A DNA stretch of 64,000 nt from an uncultured Leptospiraceae bacterium (GCA_964629365.1 CAZVRB010000003.1:17711-81710); one strand, 5' to 3'; numbered from the stretch's first letter, positions 9,529-20,454 are shown. A program made the numbers and translations. The notes: generated from the letters alone by a model not told the origin.

Positions 9529-10281
9529 ATGAGAATTATTGCCATATCGAATAACAAGGGAGGTGTGGGTAAAACAACTACAACAGTCAACCTTGCTGCA
9601 GCATTGCATTTACTTGATAAAAAGGTCCTTGTTATTGATATTGATCATCAGGCACAATCAACATATCATCTCGGGTACAATCCAAACAATATAAAACACA
9701 CAATTTACGATGCCATGAAAGGTGAAATATCTTATGAAGATATTATCATAGACAGGAAAGGACTGCATTTACTTCCGGCTAACATGGACTTAAAAGATAT
9801 TGAGTTCTTACCCATACCCGCAAAAGAGTTTCTGCTCAAAGACGCGCTTGAAGATTTGAGAGGTTATGATTATGTTCTTGTTGACTGTCCACCATCACTG
9901 GGGACGCTCACATTGAACGCCCTTAGTTTCTGCAACGAAATATATGTTCCACTACAGGTGCAATTTCTCCCCTTTCACGGTATGTATAACCTTTTTGAAG
10001 CAGTTCAACTGGTCAAGAAAAGACTTAATAAGAATATTGAAATAACCGGTATTATTGGAACCATGTTCAACGCAAAAAAAATCATCAATAACGAGGTTAT
10101 TGCTGAAACAGAGAAACGAGTACCCGGAAAATTATTCAAATCATTAATTCGGGACAATGTAGCATTACAGGAAGCTCCCAGCTGGGGACAAACTATATTC
10201 GAATATAAAAGCGACAGCAATGGCGCCGAAGACTACATGTTATTGACAAAGGAAATACTGGAACGCTACGGGGAAAGTTAG
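9529..10281 (+). CDS. ParA/MinD-family P-loop ATPase (orphan ParA-like)
   Basis: MRIIAISNNKGGVGKTTTTVNLAAAL is a deviant Walker A motif. ATG at 9529 follows CAGGGGA. No parB is present in the window. Confidence 0.85.
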   Translation: MRIIAISNNKGGVGKTTTTVNLAAALHLLDKKVLVIDIDHQAQSTYHLGYNPNNIKHTIYDAMKGEISYEDIIIDRKGLHLLPANMDLKDIEFLPIPAKEFLLKDALEDLRGYDYVLVDCPPSLGTLTLNALSFCNEIYVPLQVQFLPFHGMYNLFEAVQLVKKRLNKNIEITGIIGTMFNAKKIINNEVIAETEKRVPGKLFKSLIRDNVALQEAPSWGQTIFEYKSDSNGAEDYMLLTKEILERYGES

Positions 10282-10287
10282 AAAAAC

Positions 10288-12924
10288 CTATTGTAAGGCA
10301 GCATATACAGAAGATATTAATATATCTTCTGTATATGGCTTTTGAATATACTTATATCCTTTCTGCTTTATAATCTTCATATGGGATTTTCTATCAGTAT
10401 ATCCGCTGCTCATTATAATACTTATATTATTATTTTGCCCTGTTAAAACCTCAACAAGATCAAGGCCGTTCCCATCCGGAAGAACAACATCACAAAAAAC
10501 CAGGTCCAGTTCATATTTCAGATCATTTGCAAGGCTTTTTGCCGAACCAATACTTTCCGCAGGGTATACGGTATAGCCATGATTATCCAATACATATGTA
10601 ATCATTGACCTGACTTGATCCTGATCTTCAACAACCAGAATTTTTTCTCCATTACCACGAGATTGAAGCACTTTTTTCTGATTTTTGCTAACTGGTTTAA
10701 TTTTATTGAAATCTTCAGCACGGAACAACAATGTAAACTCTGTTCCCTGACCTACCTGGCTATTAACCTTTATCAGCCCATTATGCTGTTTCACAATCCC
10801 ATACACAACCGCAAGACCTAATCCGGTTCCCTTTCCATTTTTCCTGTTACTATAGAATGGTTCAAAAATATTTTGCAATATTTCCTTCTCCATGCCAATA
10901 CCATTATCACGTACATCAATAGAAATATATTGACCGGGTTCGATTTCAGGGTTTACCATCTTGTCTTCTTCGGAAATTTCGACATTACCGGTCTCAATAA
11001 TTAAGGTACCACCTTCATGCATCGCCTGCATGGAATTAAGAACAAGATTCATAATAACCTGCTCAATTTGTATCTGGTCCCCATATAGAACAGAATCGTT
11101 TGCATTTAGGCTGGTTATAAGATTTATCTCCTCACCAATAAGCCGACATAACATCTTATTCATATTTTCAACTATACTGTTAATATCAATAAATTCTTTC
11201 TGTAAAACCTGTTTTTTACTGAACGCAAGCAACTGTCGTGTCAGGGCAGCAGACCGCTGCGCTGCCCTTAGAATTTCATCAACAAATTCATTGCCCGGAC
11301 TCGTTTCATCAATTGTCCTCTTTAGTATTTCTCCATACCCTATTATTGCGGTTAAAATGTTATTAAAATCGTGTGCGATCCCTCCGGCAAGGGTGCCGAT
11401 AGCTTCCATTTTCTGCACCTGGTGCAGTTGTGATTGAATTTTTTGTTTCTCTGCTTCAGCGTTCTTCTTTTCCGTGATATCACTTACAATCCCTAAATTT
11501 CCTATGTGTATATTGTTGTCATCAAAAACCGGTTGTGGTGAAATATTGGTATACGCGATGGTACCATCTTTTTTTATCCATACAATTTCATTATCCGTCA
11601 CATTTACATTCTTTGCAGTATTCACTTCAAACATGTATTCAAATAATTTTCTTTCTTCAAAGAGAAAGTCCGTTAACATTCTATTCATCATTTCATCATA
11701 AGTATAACCAAGAATTTCAAGTAATGAATTATTGACAAACGTTATAATACCATCCCTGTCCATAACGAAAAGTCCTTCATTCATTGTTTCCACAAGTAAC
11801 CTGTATCGTTCTTCACTTTTCCTAAGAACATCTTCTGATTTTTTTTGAGATGATATATCGGTGATCACAGCGGCAAAATAAAGTGGCTTATTGTTATTTC
11901 CTGTTATATAAAACAAGTTTTGAATAGTCGGTACCTGTTTTTGATCACAGGTGGATAATATCAATTCACCGGACCATTGTCCTGATGTTGAAAGATTTTT
12001 TGTTATGATATCAATATTTTGAATACCCTGATTGATATCATAATAATCACGCAAACTTGTACCAGTTATACCCTCAGGCATATTAGAATTTACAATTTTA
12101 CTAAATCCCGGGTTTGCATATATTATCTCATAATCCAATTTAGTTATTAAAAGGCCCTGACCAGAAGCATCAGCAAATCTCTTGAATATTAAGAGATCCT
12201 CGTTTGCCTTTAATAGTTTTATTGAAGTTTGCTGAATTGTTTCATTTAGGGATTCCATTTCAGAGTATTGCTGCTCAATCTCCTTTAGCTTCAATTCAAG
12301 ATACCTGCTCAATTCTACATTCTTATTCAGTTCATCTTCAGTTTTTAACAATGAATTATCCGTTACACGTGAGACAAGAAACAATAACGCTGATAAGATA
12401 ATTATAGTAATATTTACATTTATCAATGTACCAATTATATAGTTTGGATCGGGAGGATTGTGGAATTGTATAACAGAAACTGACAGGGCAGTAGTTATCA
12501 TTAAAATAAAAATGGTAGCTGCTGTGAGTAGCCACCTGTTTCCAAATAACGCGGTAAACCCAATGATACCGAACATGAAATAAATATTATTATTAGCCCC
12601 TGTTAAAATCATTGATTCATATTTTATTAAACATCCAGCAACCACTCGGAATGTAATAAATATTGTATTCAATGTAACAGCGGTTTGATACTTTCCAACT
12701 TTTATTAGTATCAGGCCTGCAGCAAGGCTGATGATAAGAAGAATATTAGTTATTGTTATATACACCGGATGTGTTGAGACGGATGTGGTTACATTTAAGA
12801 GACTGACAGCTGCTAAAAGAAATATTATCACCAGGCTCAGCCAGAAAAGCATAAAAGCTTTCTGTCGTATAATGAAATCATCATACTTCACTAAATACGA
12901 ACTGGCATTCAATTTGCTAAACAT
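10288..12924 (-). CDS. Hybrid sensor histidine kinase: N-terminal polytopic sensor domain, PAS domains, HisKA, HATPase_c, C-terminal receiver
   Basis: 878 aa. About 8 N-terminal TM helices. H-box HDFNNILTAIIGYGEIL. HATPase DNGIGMEKEILQNIFEPFYS...GTGLGL. C-terminal REC domain (KILVVEDQDQVR...DLVFCDVVLPDGNG). Confidence 0.85.
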   Translation of the reverse strand: MFSKLNASSYLVKYDDFIIRQKAFMLFWLSLVIIFLLAAVSLLNVTTSVSTHPVYITITNILLIISLAAGLILIKVGKYQTAVTLNTIFITFRVVAGCLIKYESMILTGANNNIYFMFGIIGFTALFGNRWLLTAATIFILMITTALSVSVIQFHNPPDPNYIIGTLINVNITIIILSALLFLVSRVTDNSLLKTEDELNKNVELSRYLELKLKEIEQQYSEMESLNETIQQTSIKLLKANEDLLIFKRFADASGQGLLITKLDYEIIYANPGFSKIVNSNMPEGITGTSLRDYYDINQGIQNIDIITKNLSTSGQWSGELILSTCDQKQVPTIQNLFYITGNNNKPLYFAAVITDISSQKKSEDVLRKSEERYRLLVETMNEGLFVMDRDGIITFVNNSLLEILGYTYDEMMNRMLTDFLFEERKLFEYMFEVNTAKNVNVTDNEIVWIKKDGTIAYTNISPQPVFDDNNIHIGNLGIVSDITEKKNAEAEKQKIQSQLHQVQKMEAIGTLAGGIAHDFNNILTAIIGYGEILKRTIDETSPGNEFVDEILRAAQRSAALTRQLLAFSKKQVLQKEFIDINSIVENMNKMLCRLIGEEINLITSLNANDSVLYGDQIQIEQVIMNLVLNSMQAMHEGGTLIIETGNVEISEEDKMVNPEIEPGQYISIDVRDNGIGMEKEILQNIFEPFYSNRKNGKGTGLGLAVVYGIVKQHNGLIKVNSQVGQGTEFTLLFRAEDFNKIKPVSKNQKKVLQSRGNGEKILVVEDQDQVRSMITYVLDNHGYTVYPAESIGSAKSLANDLKYELDLVFCDVVLPDGNGLDLVEVLTGQNNNISIIMSSGYTDRKSHMKIIKQKGYKYIQKPYTEDILISSVYAALQ

Positions 12925-13027
12925 TTTCCAGGTAAACCATTATTTTTGACTTCAAGTTGGGAAATTATATATGAATAAAAATAAATAAATCAAGCAAAAA
13001 TAAACATATTCCGTCTGACCGGTAGCT

Positions 13028-13813
13028 TTATGTAGCCTTCGCGAATAATCTCGAGTTTTTTAAAATTGTAAGAATTCCAAGTGTTTCAGCAGCTTGAAAT
13101 ATCTCATCACCACGTTCTACATCAATCAATGACAAACATCTTTTGTTATATTCTTCATTTCTGTGTTTTGGCACTGTGTTAACGGTATCAGGATATAGTA
13201 TTGAGCCATCATTCTGTACCCTGAATCTTTCAATTACAAAATTCTTATTAATCCTGGGAAGAATTTTATATTCCCACTCTTTTAAATAGGTTTGATGAAA
13301 TATTTTTTTCAGAGTTATATGAATTTCAGATGGTTTCGCATGTGGGTCAAGATTTGGATATACATTTTCAAAACATTCATTTACAACACCGAATATTTTA
13401 GGTGTATGTGTAAGACTGGTCAGGTACACCCTTTTAAAAAACCAGTTCTTTACAAATATATAAAGAAGCCCGAAGATATACACCAGTTGCATTAATCCCC
13501 TGTTTTCTGAAATTGAATAGACTGCTCCGAGGTGAATAATATTTGACCCTTTATATTTTCCAAGGTGACTCATTACACAGCAACAAAGATCATCTGAGGT
13601 TGCCCTTCTCGAGCAAATTACAATCATTTTATTATTCAAATATGTAACATCTTTAAAAAAACTGAATGTTGGTGATTTTCCTAATTTTGAAGCAGCAATA
13701 ATCTTTATTCTTTTTTGCAGCTTTTTCAGTTCTGTACTTTTCATCCACTTGCCTGGTTTATTGTATATTTCAAACCTGTACTTTTTAAAAACGAATTTTA
13801 ACCTGTTAAACAT
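13028..13813 (-). CDS. Hypothetical protein (261 aa), no recognised domain
   Basis: Long ORF with coding-like composition, basic N-terminus, no TM segment. Function cannot be assigned from sequence. Confidence 0.4.
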   Translation of the reverse strand: MFNRLKFVFKKYRFEIYNKPGKWMKSTELKKLQKRIKIIAASKLGKSPTFSFFKDVTYLNNKMIVICSRRATSDDLCCCVMSHLGKYKGSNIIHLGAVYSISENRGLMQLVYIFGLLYIFVKNWFFKRVYLTSLTHTPKIFGVVNECFENVYPNLDPHAKPSEIHITLKKIFHQTYLKEWEYKILPRINKNFVIERFRVQNDGSILYPDTVNTVPKHRNEEYNKRCLSLIDVERGDEIFQAAETLGILTILKNSRLFAKAT

Positions 13814-13950
13814 AATACCTCCTTGAGATAATACCTGCTTATGTTCATACGGTAATTTATGTTATATTATCGTTATAAACTGCTTGAATGTTTATCTTCA
13901 ATATGTACAAATAGAACTAAATCTTATAACATCAACGTGGAGGATGCTTT

Positions 13951-14985
13951 TTGCTGGAACTAATTATTGTAATAACATTACTTCTCGCTGTCTCATTTCT
14001 TTGCTCAATACTTGAATCTGTCATTCTTTCCATAACAAGACCATATATACAAACTTTGATTTCCAGGCATTCCCGAACAGGAAAACTTTTAAGCCATTTA
14101 AAGGAAAACATTGATCAGCCAATATCTGCAATTTTAACCCTTAATACTATTTCACATACTGTTGGTGCTGCTGTTTCCGGTGCTATAGCAATAGAATTAT
14201 TTGGTTCAAAGTGGATGGCGGCCTTTTCGGCAATACTGACTTTTTTAATATTGATCTTCTCTGAGATTATTCCAAAAACGCTTGGGGCACATTACTGGAA
14301 ACAACTTGGACCACTATCAGCGTATATACTGAAATTTCTCATTTACCTGTTGAAACCATTAATAATACCAATACATCTTGTTTCCCGATTTTTCACAAAG
14401 GGGGATCCTGGTTCAATTATCAGCCGGGAAGAGATCATCAACTATATCAGGCTGGGTTATTTCCAGGGTGTATTTGAATCTCCTGAATACAAGATTATGG
14501 AAAATTTGTTTCTTCTGGAAACGATTAGAACAAGGGATATAATGACACCGCGAACCGTAGTATTCTGGATTGACAAAGATTGGAAAATAAACGATATCGT
14601 AAAAAATGATGAACGGCTTCAATTCTCCCGGATACCATTATATGATCCAAGGGAAAATAAAATCACTGGTATCGTACTGCGCAGGGATATTATGAACCAT
14701 ATTGCTGATAAAAAGTTATCTGTTGCCCTGAGCAAGCTTGCTTACAAACCTAATTATGTTATTGAGACAATAACGGTGTACAAGCTTTTAAATCATTTCA
14801 TTAAAAATAATCTACATATATCAGTAGTGCTAAATGAATTGGGGGATTTTACCGGCATAGTAACCATGGAGGATGCCATTGAAACACTTCTCGGGGTTGA
14901 AATCATTGATGAATTTGATCCGGCGGTAGATATGCAAAAAGTTGCAGAAAAACTGAGAAAACGAAAATATCAGAAAAAATTATAG
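13951..14985 (+). CDS. CNNM/CorC/HlyC-family transporter (DUF21 membrane domain + CBS pair)
   Basis: TTG start at 13951 is preceded by GGAGGA. N-terminal 4-TM DUF21 domain followed by tandem CBS domains. 344 aa. Confidence 0.8.
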   Translation: MLELIIVITLLLAVSFLCSILESVILSITRPYIQTLISRHSRTGKLLSHLKENIDQPISAILTLNTISHTVGAAVSGAIAIELFGSKWMAAFSAILTFLILIFSEIIPKTLGAHYWKQLGPLSAYILKFLIYLLKPLIIPIHLVSRFFTKGDPGSIISREEIINYIRLGYFQGVFESPEYKIMENLFLLETIRTRDIMTPRTVVFWIDKDWKINDIVKNDERLQFSRIPLYDPRENKITGIVLRRDIMNHIADKKLSVALSKLAYKPNYVIETITVYKLLNHFIKNNLHISVVLNELGDFTGIVTMEDAIETLLGVEIIDEFDPAVDMQKVAEKLRKRKYQKKL

Positions 14986-15033
14986 CGGTGTCAATTACTC
15001 GTAGTTAAAGACACCGCTATAATTACTATTTTC

Positions 15034-16896
15034 TTATTCTGTTGCGAAACTTTCCTCAAGTATTTTCATTACTGAAAGATCCTGGCTCTTGATTGATTTT
15101 GCGAATGCCCGGGCCTGTGGAAGTACATTCTTAATATAGTATCTTGCACTATAAACTTTTCCCTGGTAAAAAGCAGCATTTTTGTGTTCCTTAATAAACT
15201 CACGAACTGCTTTCTTGTCAGATGCATCAATATTGTTTTCTTTCAATATATCATCCACTTTTTTCTGGGCTATACCAGCCTGCCAGTACTGAATCCAGCC
15301 AAGGCATATTGTACCCATCATATTTAAAAATGGATATGCATTAGTAATTGGAACCATAAACTTGCCTTCTTTACTGCATTCTACAAGGAACATACCCATT
15401 TCAGCCAGAAGGTTTACCGCGTCCTGAACGTCCGATGTTAAATCTTCAAGCTTGCTGTTTTCTGTATATTCTGCAATAGTCTTGTTCATTTCACCAAGGA
15501 AATTCATGAAGTTGGCACCTTTTTTCTGCGCCATTTTTCTCCCAACAAGATCCAGGGCCTGTATACCGTTTGTACCCTCGTAAATTGATCCAATTTTCAG
15601 ATCTCGCATAAATTGCTCAACAGGATAATCCTGGCAATACCCATAACCTCCATACACCTGTATTGCCTGCTCCGTAACCTTGAATCCCATATCTGTACAA
15701 AAAGCTTTTGTAATAGGAACCAGCAATTCCATTATACCATGCCATTTTTCAGCTTCTTCTCCTTCAGATGCTTCTTTTCGGTCAATTGCATAGGCACAAA
15801 GATATACGAGAGCCCTCATTCCTTCAACATGACTCTTCATCCAGAGCAGCATTCGACGTACATCTGGATGATTAATGATTGGAACTCTTGGTGATTCTGG
15901 ATTTTGCATATTTTGCAGATCTGCGCCCTGGTTTCTTTCCCTTGCATAATTAAGAGCGTGAAGATATGCAATAGACGCTGTTCCGCATCCCTGAAGCCCC
16001 ATTCCTATCCTGGCTTCGTTCATCATCTGGAACATAATTTTCATACCCTTTCGTTCTTCACCAAGTAACTCGGCATAACAATCGTTATTATCACCGAAAC
16101 TCATTGAACAGGTTGCACTCCCCTTTAGTCCCATTTTGTGCTCAATACCGGTAATTGCGACATCATTGAATTCTCCCATTGAGCCATCGTCATTAACGCG
16201 ATACTTTGGTACGATAAATATTGATATTCCAGAAGTTCCCGGGGGATCACCTTCGATGCGGGCAAGAACCGGATGCACCGTGTTTTCGAAAAGGTCGGAA
16301 TCACCACCTGAAATAAATATCTTTGAACCATATATCTTGTAGGTTCCATCAGGTTGCTTTACCGCTTTTGTCTTGATGTTTCCAACATCTGAACCAGCCT
16401 CGGGTTCAGTGAGAACCATCGTGCCACCCCATTTTCCCTCGTACATTTTGGTCATGTACTTATTCTTCTGCTCTTCAGTACCGAAAACCTCAACCAGGTG
16501 ACCGGCACCAACTGCAGCTTCCGGATAAAGTAGAAAACCCATGTTAAATACATAGTATTCCCTTGAAGCAAGGTCAATGACATAGGGAAAACCCTGTCCA
16601 CCATATTCGGGTGAAACAGCCATGGTAAATAAACCGCTCTCATTCATTATACCGTGAATCTTTTTATAGCACTCAGGGATTTTAACTTCACCATCTTTAA
16701 AAGTCACCCCCTCCCTGTCCGCTTCCATGTATGTTGGCAGAACCTCGTCTTCAGAAATTTTTCTGGCAAGATCAAGAACCATATCAAACATATCTTTAGA
16801 GAAATCACCATACTTCTCAGTTTCAAATAATTCCTGTATCTGGAGCATTTCGTACAGTATAAATTCCTGGTCTCTTGGATCGACAATAACACTCAT
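15034..16896 (-). CDS. Acyl-CoA dehydrogenase, long form with extended C-terminal domain
   Basis: 620 aa. MTKMYEGKWGGTMVLTEPEAGSDVG together with acyl-CoA DH middle and C-terminal domain signatures. Confidence 0.85.
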   Translation of the reverse strand: MSVIVDPRDQEFILYEMLQIQELFETEKYGDFSKDMFDMVLDLARKISEDEVLPTYMEADREGVTFKDGEVKIPECYKKIHGIMNESGLFTMAVSPEYGGQGFPYVIDLASREYYVFNMGFLLYPEAAVGAGHLVEVFGTEEQKNKYMTKMYEGKWGGTMVLTEPEAGSDVGNIKTKAVKQPDGTYKIYGSKIFISGGDSDLFENTVHPVLARIEGDPPGTSGISIFIVPKYRVNDDGSMGEFNDVAITGIEHKMGLKGSATCSMSFGDNNDCYAELLGEERKGMKIMFQMMNEARIGMGLQGCGTASIAYLHALNYARERNQGADLQNMQNPESPRVPIINHPDVRRMLLWMKSHVEGMRALVYLCAYAIDRKEASEGEEAEKWHGIMELLVPITKAFCTDMGFKVTEQAIQVYGGYGYCQDYPVEQFMRDLKIGSIYEGTNGIQALDLVGRKMAQKKGANFMNFLGEMNKTIAEYTENSKLEDLTSDVQDAVNLLAEMGMFLVECSKEGKFMVPITNAYPFLNMMGTICLGWIQYWQAGIAQKKVDDILKENNIDASDKKAVREFIKEHKNAAFYQGKVYSARYYIKNVLPQARAFAKSIKSQDLSVMKILEESFATE

Positions 16897-17073
16897 AACT
16901 ACCTCTCAAGTTAATATAATTTGTATATAAAAATACTACACTTTTGTAAATTTTCATTAAAAATAATGTATTAAAAATATTTAATTCATTTCATAGTACA
17001 ACCTGATCGTCATAATATGTTTGACTTATGGTATAATGATCATTTGAATAATAACATGAATGGAGGTACTGTG

Positions 17074-19038
17074 ATGTTTCGGATTATTGTTATTCTATCA
17101 TCTTTATTACTTTCTATAATAATTCCTGTTCGTAATTCGAATGCTGAGGACTGGCCGATTTACAAGGGTAATATATATTTTACAGGTAACAACGATGAAA
17201 TTATAGTTAAGAATAATAAGTTGAAATGGTTATTTCAATCTGGTGATAGAATTTTCAACCCGGTTGTTTCTGATGGGGATGTTTTTTTTATCGATAGTCT
17301 TGCTAAAATATATTCTGTTAATCAGGACAAAGGTACCTTGAACTGGCTGACAGATTCAAAAAAAATTTCTATACAGTTCAAAGCACTATCACGGTCGGCA
17401 GGGAAGATAAAATATCCGCTTATTTCCGAAAACAAACTTATTGTGAGTGATCCAATTGCCATTTACGCCTTTGATAAAAAAAATGGCAGCGTAATATGGG
17501 CTCGAACCGGTCTTCGGATGGATACTATTAAACCACAGGGTTTATCTGAACGAACATATACTACTGTTGTTGACGGTATCTATTCCGACCCGATTGTTAC
17601 AGACCAGGTAATATACTATGGCACCCGTAACATGTTTCTCTCACGGGAAACAAGAAACGGCCATGTTAAATGGGACAATCGTGAAATAAAATCATACAGC
17701 GGATTTCCCACGTTTTACGATGAATACGTTATAACCCAGTCAATGAACTACCAGACGAATATTTATACCGTGCATTGTCTCAAATCAGATACAGGGAATG
17801 AGATGTGGTCAAAGCGAATACCAAAACCTATTAAAATATTTCCCCCCGTTGTATATAAAAGACAAGTATACATACCTTCAGGAAGTTCTATATACTGTCT
17901 TGATCTTTCAAGCGGCAACCTTCAATGGCAGAAAGAGTATGGTAAAATTATAACCTCTAATCCTACTTTTACAGACAGGTCGGTAATATTTGCAGCCGAT
18001 AACAGTACAATATTGATTACAAATCCGAATAACGGATCAGTGAAACGATCAATTGAAATCGGCCCCAGGACATCTCCAAAATTTGTGATGGTAAGAGACC
18101 AGCTTTATGTGGCATATAACAGGTATACAAAATCAGGACAGTCTGAGATTGCTAATGCATATGCAAAAGCTATAAACATAGATGACGGTTCAACCATTTG
18201 GGAATATAGTGCTCCATTTCCCGGGGGTATTTCTCAGCCTGTTGCCGCAAATGGTATACTCTTTTTACCTGCTGGTAAATACCTTTATGCCATTGGAGAG
18301 GAATACTATGGTGGAAACAAATTTACTAGTTCTGAAATAACTACTCTTCCATCGGATAATGCTGGCACAAAAAAGGCACCCTTGATCACTCCAGAAAACA
18401 CACAGAAAATAAAGGATACATCACCTGGAAAAGAAACTTTAAATACCCGTGACCTTAAGCTGGAAATCAATGATAACAACGGTAATGGATTGAATGCAAA
18501 AGTCGAGATTAAAAAACGAAAGGACGGCAGAATTGTTTATCATAAAACAGTGAATATTAATAAGGATGGAACCGTTAAGGTTCCGGAAGGAAACGATGTT
18601 GAACTACTGGTTGATTCTGATGGATATGTTCCTAAAAAAGTAATACTCACCGGAGAAGAAAACAAAACGAAAATTACGCTTGATCGGCTTGAAAAGGGAA
18701 AAGGCTTTGTTGTTGATAATATCCATTTTAATTTCGATAAATGGTATCTGAAAAAAGAATCGCTTGATATTCTTGAGAAAATTGTTATAATAATGAAAAG
18801 GAATAATCAGCTAGAACTGGAGGTTAGAGGCCATACAGATTCCACAGGTGATAAATCATATAACCAGCAGCTCTCCGAAAAACGTGCTGATGCGGTTATA
18901 GAATATATGGTTAAAAATGGCATCAGCCCGGAAAGATTGAAAGCAGTTGGACTTGGTGAATCAAAACCGATTGTCTCCAATAAAACACTTGAGGGTCGAC
19001 GAAAGAACAGAAGAACCGAGTTCTTCTTTCTAAAATAA
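17074..19038 (+). CDS. Secreted PQQ-like beta-propeller repeat protein with C-terminal OmpA-family peptidoglycan-binding domain
   Basis: ATG at 17074 follows GGAGG. Signal peptide present. Repeated ...DG.vY..s.dg.lyA.d..tG...W... propeller blades. C-terminus FDKWYLKKESLDILEKIV...RGHTDSTGDKSYNQQLSEKRADAV is the OmpA_C motif. Confidence 0.7.
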   Translation: MFRIIVILSSLLLSIIIPVRNSNAEDWPIYKGNIYFTGNNDEIIVKNNKLKWLFQSGDRIFNPVVSDGDVFFIDSLAKIYSVNQDKGTLNWLTDSKKISIQFKALSRSAGKIKYPLISENKLIVSDPIAIYAFDKKNGSVIWARTGLRMDTIKPQGLSERTYTTVVDGIYSDPIVTDQVIYYGTRNMFLSRETRNGHVKWDNREIKSYSGFPTFYDEYVITQSMNYQTNIYTVHCLKSDTGNEMWSKRIPKPIKIFPPVVYKRQVYIPSGSSIYCLDLSSGNLQWQKEYGKIITSNPTFTDRSVIFAADNSTILITNPNNGSVKRSIEIGPRTSPKFVMVRDQLYVAYNRYTKSGQSEIANAYAKAINIDDGSTIWEYSAPFPGGISQPVAANGILFLPAGKYLYAIGEEYYGGNKFTSSEITTLPSDNAGTKKAPLITPENTQKIKDTSPGKETLNTRDLKLEINDNNGNGLNAKVEIKKRKDGRIVYHKTVNINKDGTVKVPEGNDVELLVDSDGYVPKKVILTGEENKTKITLDRLEKGKGFVVDNIHFNFDKWYLKKESLDILEKIVIIMKRNNQLELEVRGHTDSTGDKSYNQQLSEKRADAVIEYMVKNGISPERLKAVGLGESKPIVSNKTLEGRRKNRRTEFFFLK

Positions 19039-19063
19039 AAAAATATAGTAACGGAGGAAAAAG

Positions 19064-19477
19064 ATGAAGTTAAGAGTTATCGCAGTTGTCACAATAGGAC
19101 TGTTTATGATGATTGGCTGTTCACAGGCTAAGTACAGCGATGTTTCAAAGCTTATGGACAAACAGATTGCTGCACAGGAATCACTCATAAAGTCACTTGA
19201 GAAAGCATCCAGTGCAAAAGAAGCAGGAAAGGCATTGACTGATTTTGCAACAGATATGGAAAAACTGCAACCGGAAATGGATAAGGTTGAGAAAAAATAT
19301 CCAGAACTTGCAGACCCCGAAGCTATGCCACAGGATTTGCAGGCAAAGATGAAAGTACAGATGGAAAATTCTCAAAAGATCTCGCAATTGATGGCTAAAA
19401 CAATGAAAGAATACTCAACAGAGCCGATTTTCCAGAAAGCAACTAAAAAAATGTCAGACATCATGAAAGATATGTAA
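19064..19477 (+). CDS. Lipoprotein, hypothetical
   Basis: Lipobox MMIGC. The mature part is helical and K/E-rich. Confidence 0.5.
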   Translation: MKLRVIAVVTIGLFMMIGCSQAKYSDVSKLMDKQIAAQESLIKSLEKASSAKEAGKALTDFATDMEKLQPEMDKVEKKYPELADPEAMPQDLQAKMKVQMENSQKISQLMAKTMKEYSTEPIFQKATKKMSDIMKDM

Positions 19478-19479
19478 TC

Positions 19480-20454
19480 TCACGCCCCTCTTCCCTTCCC
19501 CGAATCAGTTATTTCAATTAACTGTTCGGGGTAAGGTTCAAAAAAAGTCTGGCTACCAAGATATTTTTCATCGAACCTTATGATCCATGACTTCAGAATT
19601 GCATTGCAGACACTAAGTGGTACCCTGTTTATCCTGTAGTGGTCCATTGTATCAATGAAATATGCTTTTTCCGCTGCGTTCAGTTTCTTTGAAAAATAGC
19701 CCATAGCATGCATGAGAACATTGATAACAGAAGTATGTCTGGGCAACTTTGCAAATGCCCTGTAAAGTAATTCCTGGTAATCATCAAATACTTCTTTCAC
19801 TGGTTTTTTATCATGGTTTGCAACAACCCGTCCCAAATTCCTCATAACCGACTGGTTATATGCCATAAGCAACAGTTTATTTCTTGAGTGGAAATCCACA
19901 AGGTTTTTCATTGATATATCTTCTTTTACATGCCTGTAATCAGCCAATGTGAAAAGCTTTGTAAAGAAATGTTCACGTATCTTGAAGTTGTTCAAACGGC
20001 CCTCGTTTTCAACTGCAAGATGGCCAAACCTTTCCACCACTGGACCACCAAAAAATCCGTTTTCATTTCCACGTATGGCAGACACCTTTCCTGTTGATGG
20101 ATACACTTTCACGTCCTTATTGCCACAGGATGGAGACCTGTCTTTTAATATAAAACCGTCAACATCTTCAAGACTATCCAAAAATGTTTTTGTAAAATTT
20201 ACCATCTCTGCTGTAATGTCAGCACCAGTTTCACTCTGAACAAGCCTCAAATCATTGTCCTTTTCAACAAGACGAATAGGTTTTCTTGGTACTCCCAGTC
20301 CCACTTCAACTTCTGCACATACGGGAATAAAATCAACCACAGGCTTCAGGGCCCTGACTTCATGACTTGAAATCATCATGCCGTTCCATCGACAGCTTGC
20401 AAATTCAAGGCACTTGCTAACAACAACTTGCGGCGTATTAAATGTCTTCATCAC
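19480..20454 (-). CDS. DUF523-DUF1722 fusion protein (TudS-like putative Fe-S desulfurase family)
   Basis: The N-terminal Cys pattern (SKCLEFASCRWNG...PVCAEVEVGLGVPRKPIRL) resembles the DUF523/YbbK family. The C-terminal half resembles DUF1722/YbgA. Confidence 0.5.
   Translation of the reverse strand: MMKTFNTPQVVVSKCLEFASCRWNGMMISSHEVRALKPVVDFIPVCAEVEVGLGVPRKPIRLVEKDNDLRLVQSETGADITAEMVNFTKTFLDSLEDVDGFILKDRSPSCGNKDVKVYPSTGKVSAIRGNENGFFGGPVVERFGHLAVENEGRLNNFKIREHFFTKLFTLADYRHVKEDISMKNLVDFHSRNKLLLMAYNQSVMRNLGRVVANHDKKPVKEVFDDYQELLYRAFAKLPRHTSVINVLMHAMGYFSKKLNAAEKAYFIDTMDHYRINRVPLSVCNAILKSWIIRFDEKYLGSQTFFEPYPEQLIEITDSGKGRGA

Noticed and set aside
10961-11437. 158-aa plus-strand ORF and other 60-120 aa ORFs antisense to the histidine kinase, sulfatase, decarboxylase, fadB and pel genes
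   Set aside because: All are embedded antisense in strongly supported long CDSs and have low-complexity or Ser/Cys-rich translations typical of shadow frames.
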